Assembly: GCA_900088475.1 (NCBI GenBank)
Contig: FLMG01000904.1
Coordinates: 90,917-154,916, forward strand
Origin: Hyphochytrium catenoides
Taxonomy: Eukaryota; Protista; Hyphochytriomycota
Reading direction: 5' to 3'
DNA length: 64,000 bases
Shown: positions 61,178 through 64,000 of the stretch, one piece after another
Layout of the letters: each line of letters begins with the position of its first letter
How positions within the stretch are numbered: position 1 is the first letter of the stretch
The notes under the pieces: model-generated
Told to the model about the DNA's origin: nothing
The model's input: only the letters and a program-made list of their open reading frames with translations
Database searches by the model: none
Made by a program: the position numbers and the translations under genes

Positions 61178-64000
61178 GGTAAGAGCTCACGAAGATCCTC
61201 TGATGCTGGAATCTCTTTCAGGTTGCAAGAATCTTCAAAAGTATGATGTCTGGCTAAGCTTCTGAGGTTCTCAATGTGAGCTTCAGTGGCCTGGAAGATC
61301 TTGTTCTGAATTCTGAAGTCTTCTGTACTGACTGACTGAGTGAGGACATCTTTGATCTTGGGGACAGGAATCTTTCCTTGAGAAAGAGCTTGACGACCTG
61401 GATGCACTCAGTTACAAGAATGACGTTCTCTTCTCGGTGTATTCTGGACAAAGCTTCGTAGTTTCGGTGGGACACACTGTTGTTCTCGTACTGTAACTAT
61501 GGTAACACGGTGTTGCTGGTGTAGTTGTACACCAAGTCGTACGTGTAGTAGTAGTATATCAGAACCCACGTGTCTCATCAGAATCTGGCCACCCGGCCTG
61601 ACGTGTGAAGATGCTTCCCTTCGTCAAATCCGACCATGCTGATTTATCATAGGGCTCAGTTAGGTTTGTGTTATTTGAGATAAAGGAAGTTGATTGGGGT
61701 GAAACATGATGCTGTCCGTGCTTGATGGGTTCTGACTGTCTGTCTGCCCACTGCTACTAGGAGCTCACTCTATGACGATCGTGTGCTGATGGGTGGTGAC
61801 TGATGAGCTGGCTGTTGATGATAAACAGAGGAGGAAAGTGATGATGTTGGTCAAGTGCTGCGGTGGTGCTGCAGTGGTGGCGTGTCGCTCCAAGGGGTGG
61901 GACGGGCCCGGCACTGAGTCAGACGGCCGTTAGTACTCAAAAGGCTGTTGCGTCATAGAAACAATTTGCTATGATTGTCCATTTCTTTCGTCTCTTGTTG
62001 TTGCTTGCGGCAATTGTTGACACAACAGTAGCAGTAGCATTACCCCTGAGCGTGACTACACTTCTAGATGGAACAGAGACCTCCAACCCTATAGTTCTAT
62101 CAATGCTGCGGAGTTGCAAAGATGATGGTTCCAAAGATGATGTTTGTTAGGGCGGTAAGCAGCCTCACATCATGGAGGTGGAAGGTGATGGTAGTAGATG
62201 GATGACATAGTTAGTACGCATGTACTGTTGTTGTTCCACCACAACTCACATAGCTCTTCTAAACCCATGACATGATTTATGATGTTTGCTCTGATCATGA
62301 CACTTCAACGACAAGGACATCATAGCATCAAAATGGCAGAGATTGATCAGCTGCGCTGGGTGTAGGCATCATCGTAGTTGTCGTCATCGCACGGCCACCA
62401 TCCAAGCGGCCATCTCACCCCAATTGTCAATACAACAGTAGTGCGATAAATTCTTGATCCTCCTCCCTATTAACTAATGTAGGTGCACGTTCGAGGATTT
62501 CGTAGTACAAGTAGTAGAAGACGGAAGGAGGGATACCACCGTCGCAAGAATAACCAACAAAGATTATGACTAGCAGAAAAGATAAACAATGCAGCCAGAG
62601 ATAAAACTTCTACCCTACTACTACCCGCCCGCACCCGTCCAAGAAACGTGGAACTATAATGGTACCAGGAAAAACACCGGGAGATCGCAGTTATTTGTCC
62701 TCTGGACTAGGCGATAGGAGGAAGGCCGACAACAACAAACCGTATGAGGTCAATATATTGATTATTAGCAGAAAAGATATTCCACAAACACAGCATGATG
62801 CCACTTCTGTGTCGTCGTCTAGTTCAGTCGCGGACCTTCTTGGTCATCCTTTTCTCCTTCTTCGCCACCTCAACCTTATGAACCTGATGGTGGGGTGCAA
62901 AGGTATCTTGTGTGTCTACTATAAGCTACTTCTAACTGTAAGCAGCCTCCCTTCGTCTTTAGTAGTAGTGTCATTGTTTGGCTCCACGATGATGCCACCA
63001 CCGCGCACCACTATCCAACTTCATCAGCTCCAATCTGCAGTGCAATAACAATATATCATCAAAATTAGGGCCCTTTTCTTCTCTTTTCGCTCAGAAGAAT
63101 TTGATAATCTGGTCTCCCCTCCTCCCCTCCTTCGGAGATCCCTTATTATTGTTCCACTGCTGCACCCTCCTCATTATGTGAGGACCAAACCACCGAGAAA
63201 AGCGGTTTGTCGCCAAACAACGACGACATCAATCACTCACTTGATCGAGGTGTCTAGTTCTTAGAAAGCTTCCCAAGCAGCAGAGGAGCGTAAGTATTAG
63301 TGTAGGATCACAGAGGCTCACCATTGCAACACTACCTAGCAGCGCAGCAGCAGAAGACAGAAACACGAAGAGCGACGGAAGACAGGACTGAAGTGACGGG
63401 AAGAAGGTGGCAACTCCTCAAACGAGACAGAAGACAACAACCGCCAGCAGCAACGAGCGGGACACACCGCCGGATAATAACGGATTTCTTTCAGAGACAG
63501 AATCGCCACAACAACAAGAGCAGCAGCCAGAGTGGCCTCTTCCTGACCGACCATCAACACAGTTGCAACATCAAAGAGGAGATTGAAGATAACAAAGGCC
63601 GCGACACAGCAAGAGTTCCCAGAAGATTATTTGATGTCCATTATTAGACTATAAGTAAGGGGAGTCCTAGAAGAAAGCATCATGCTCAAGTAAAAATGTC
63701 AACAAAAAACGACAAGAAGACGACGGAAGAAGAGTGATACGAGGAGAGAAGAGAACCCAGATACGGGACGCCAGCGGCGCACCATATAGAGCCTAGCTTT
63801 GCGCATGATGACCCAACGCTATCACCACAACGGCCTCCCGCCTACGATGAGCAGGGCCGGCCAGTGGCTCACAAGAGGCAGGACTCCCCGCGAAGGGGGA
63901 AGGGGTCGGTCGTTGTAACCTCCCTGGAGGCCCCACCATCCATACAGCCATAACAAAATCGAAGCTCACAGGGTAGGGCTAGCCAGGTCTTGTTGGTGCC

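Noticed and set aside
60982-61475. Apparent N-terminal extension of the SCCPDH-like gene
   Set aside because: The spliced start MATGKPFDL at 61177 matches the family N-terminus and has an in-frame stop just upstream.
1-64000. Alternative genetic code or stop-codon readthrough to explain the fragmented ORFs
   Set aside because: In conserved genes (SMC4, fumarase, LC8, NDUFS6) the interruptions I traced are explained by GT-AG introns, and TAA, TAG and TGA all serve as genuine terminators.
63324-64000. Possible start of a retroelement or gene at the window end
   Set aside because: Only short low-complexity ORFs; I recognised no gag, RT, endonuclease or terminal-repeat motif.

Overview
Eukaryotic nuclear DNA from a draft assembly (4 N-gaps, roughly 50% GC). 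It is gene-dense, with many short GT-AG introns (mostly 45-100 nt) and the standard genetic code. Gene content suggests a flagellated stramenopile-like protist; this is inference, not proven. Splicing exons by hand gave about 20 protein-coding genes: a PX-BAR sorting nexin, a NUP42/CG1-like nucleoporin, a 3R-MYB, an ankyrin protein with a C-terminal F-box-like motif, an IQ/WW protein, dynein light chain LC8, SMC4, a GPI-anchored metallophosphoesterase, an NB-ARC/STAND (NLR-like) protein, an Nfu Fe-S carrier, a phosducin-like protein, class I fumarase, NDUFS6, a GPI-anchored pectin acetylesterase/Notum-family esterase, an eIF4B-like/W2 fusion, a saccharopine dehydrogenase-like protein and several hypotheticals. 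LC8 is absent from the ORF track, and NDUFS6, Nfu and the eIF4B-like region are largely missing from it. The best candidates for something new are: (1) the NLR-like STAND protein with an unrecognised N-terminal helical domain; (2) the eIF4B-like/W2 fusion; (3) a possible CWG-deamination footprint in intergenic DNA; (4) a local cluster of mitochondrial/Fe-S genes. I recognised no tRNA, rRNA, CRISPR array or intact mobile element. All exon boundaries were inferred by eye.
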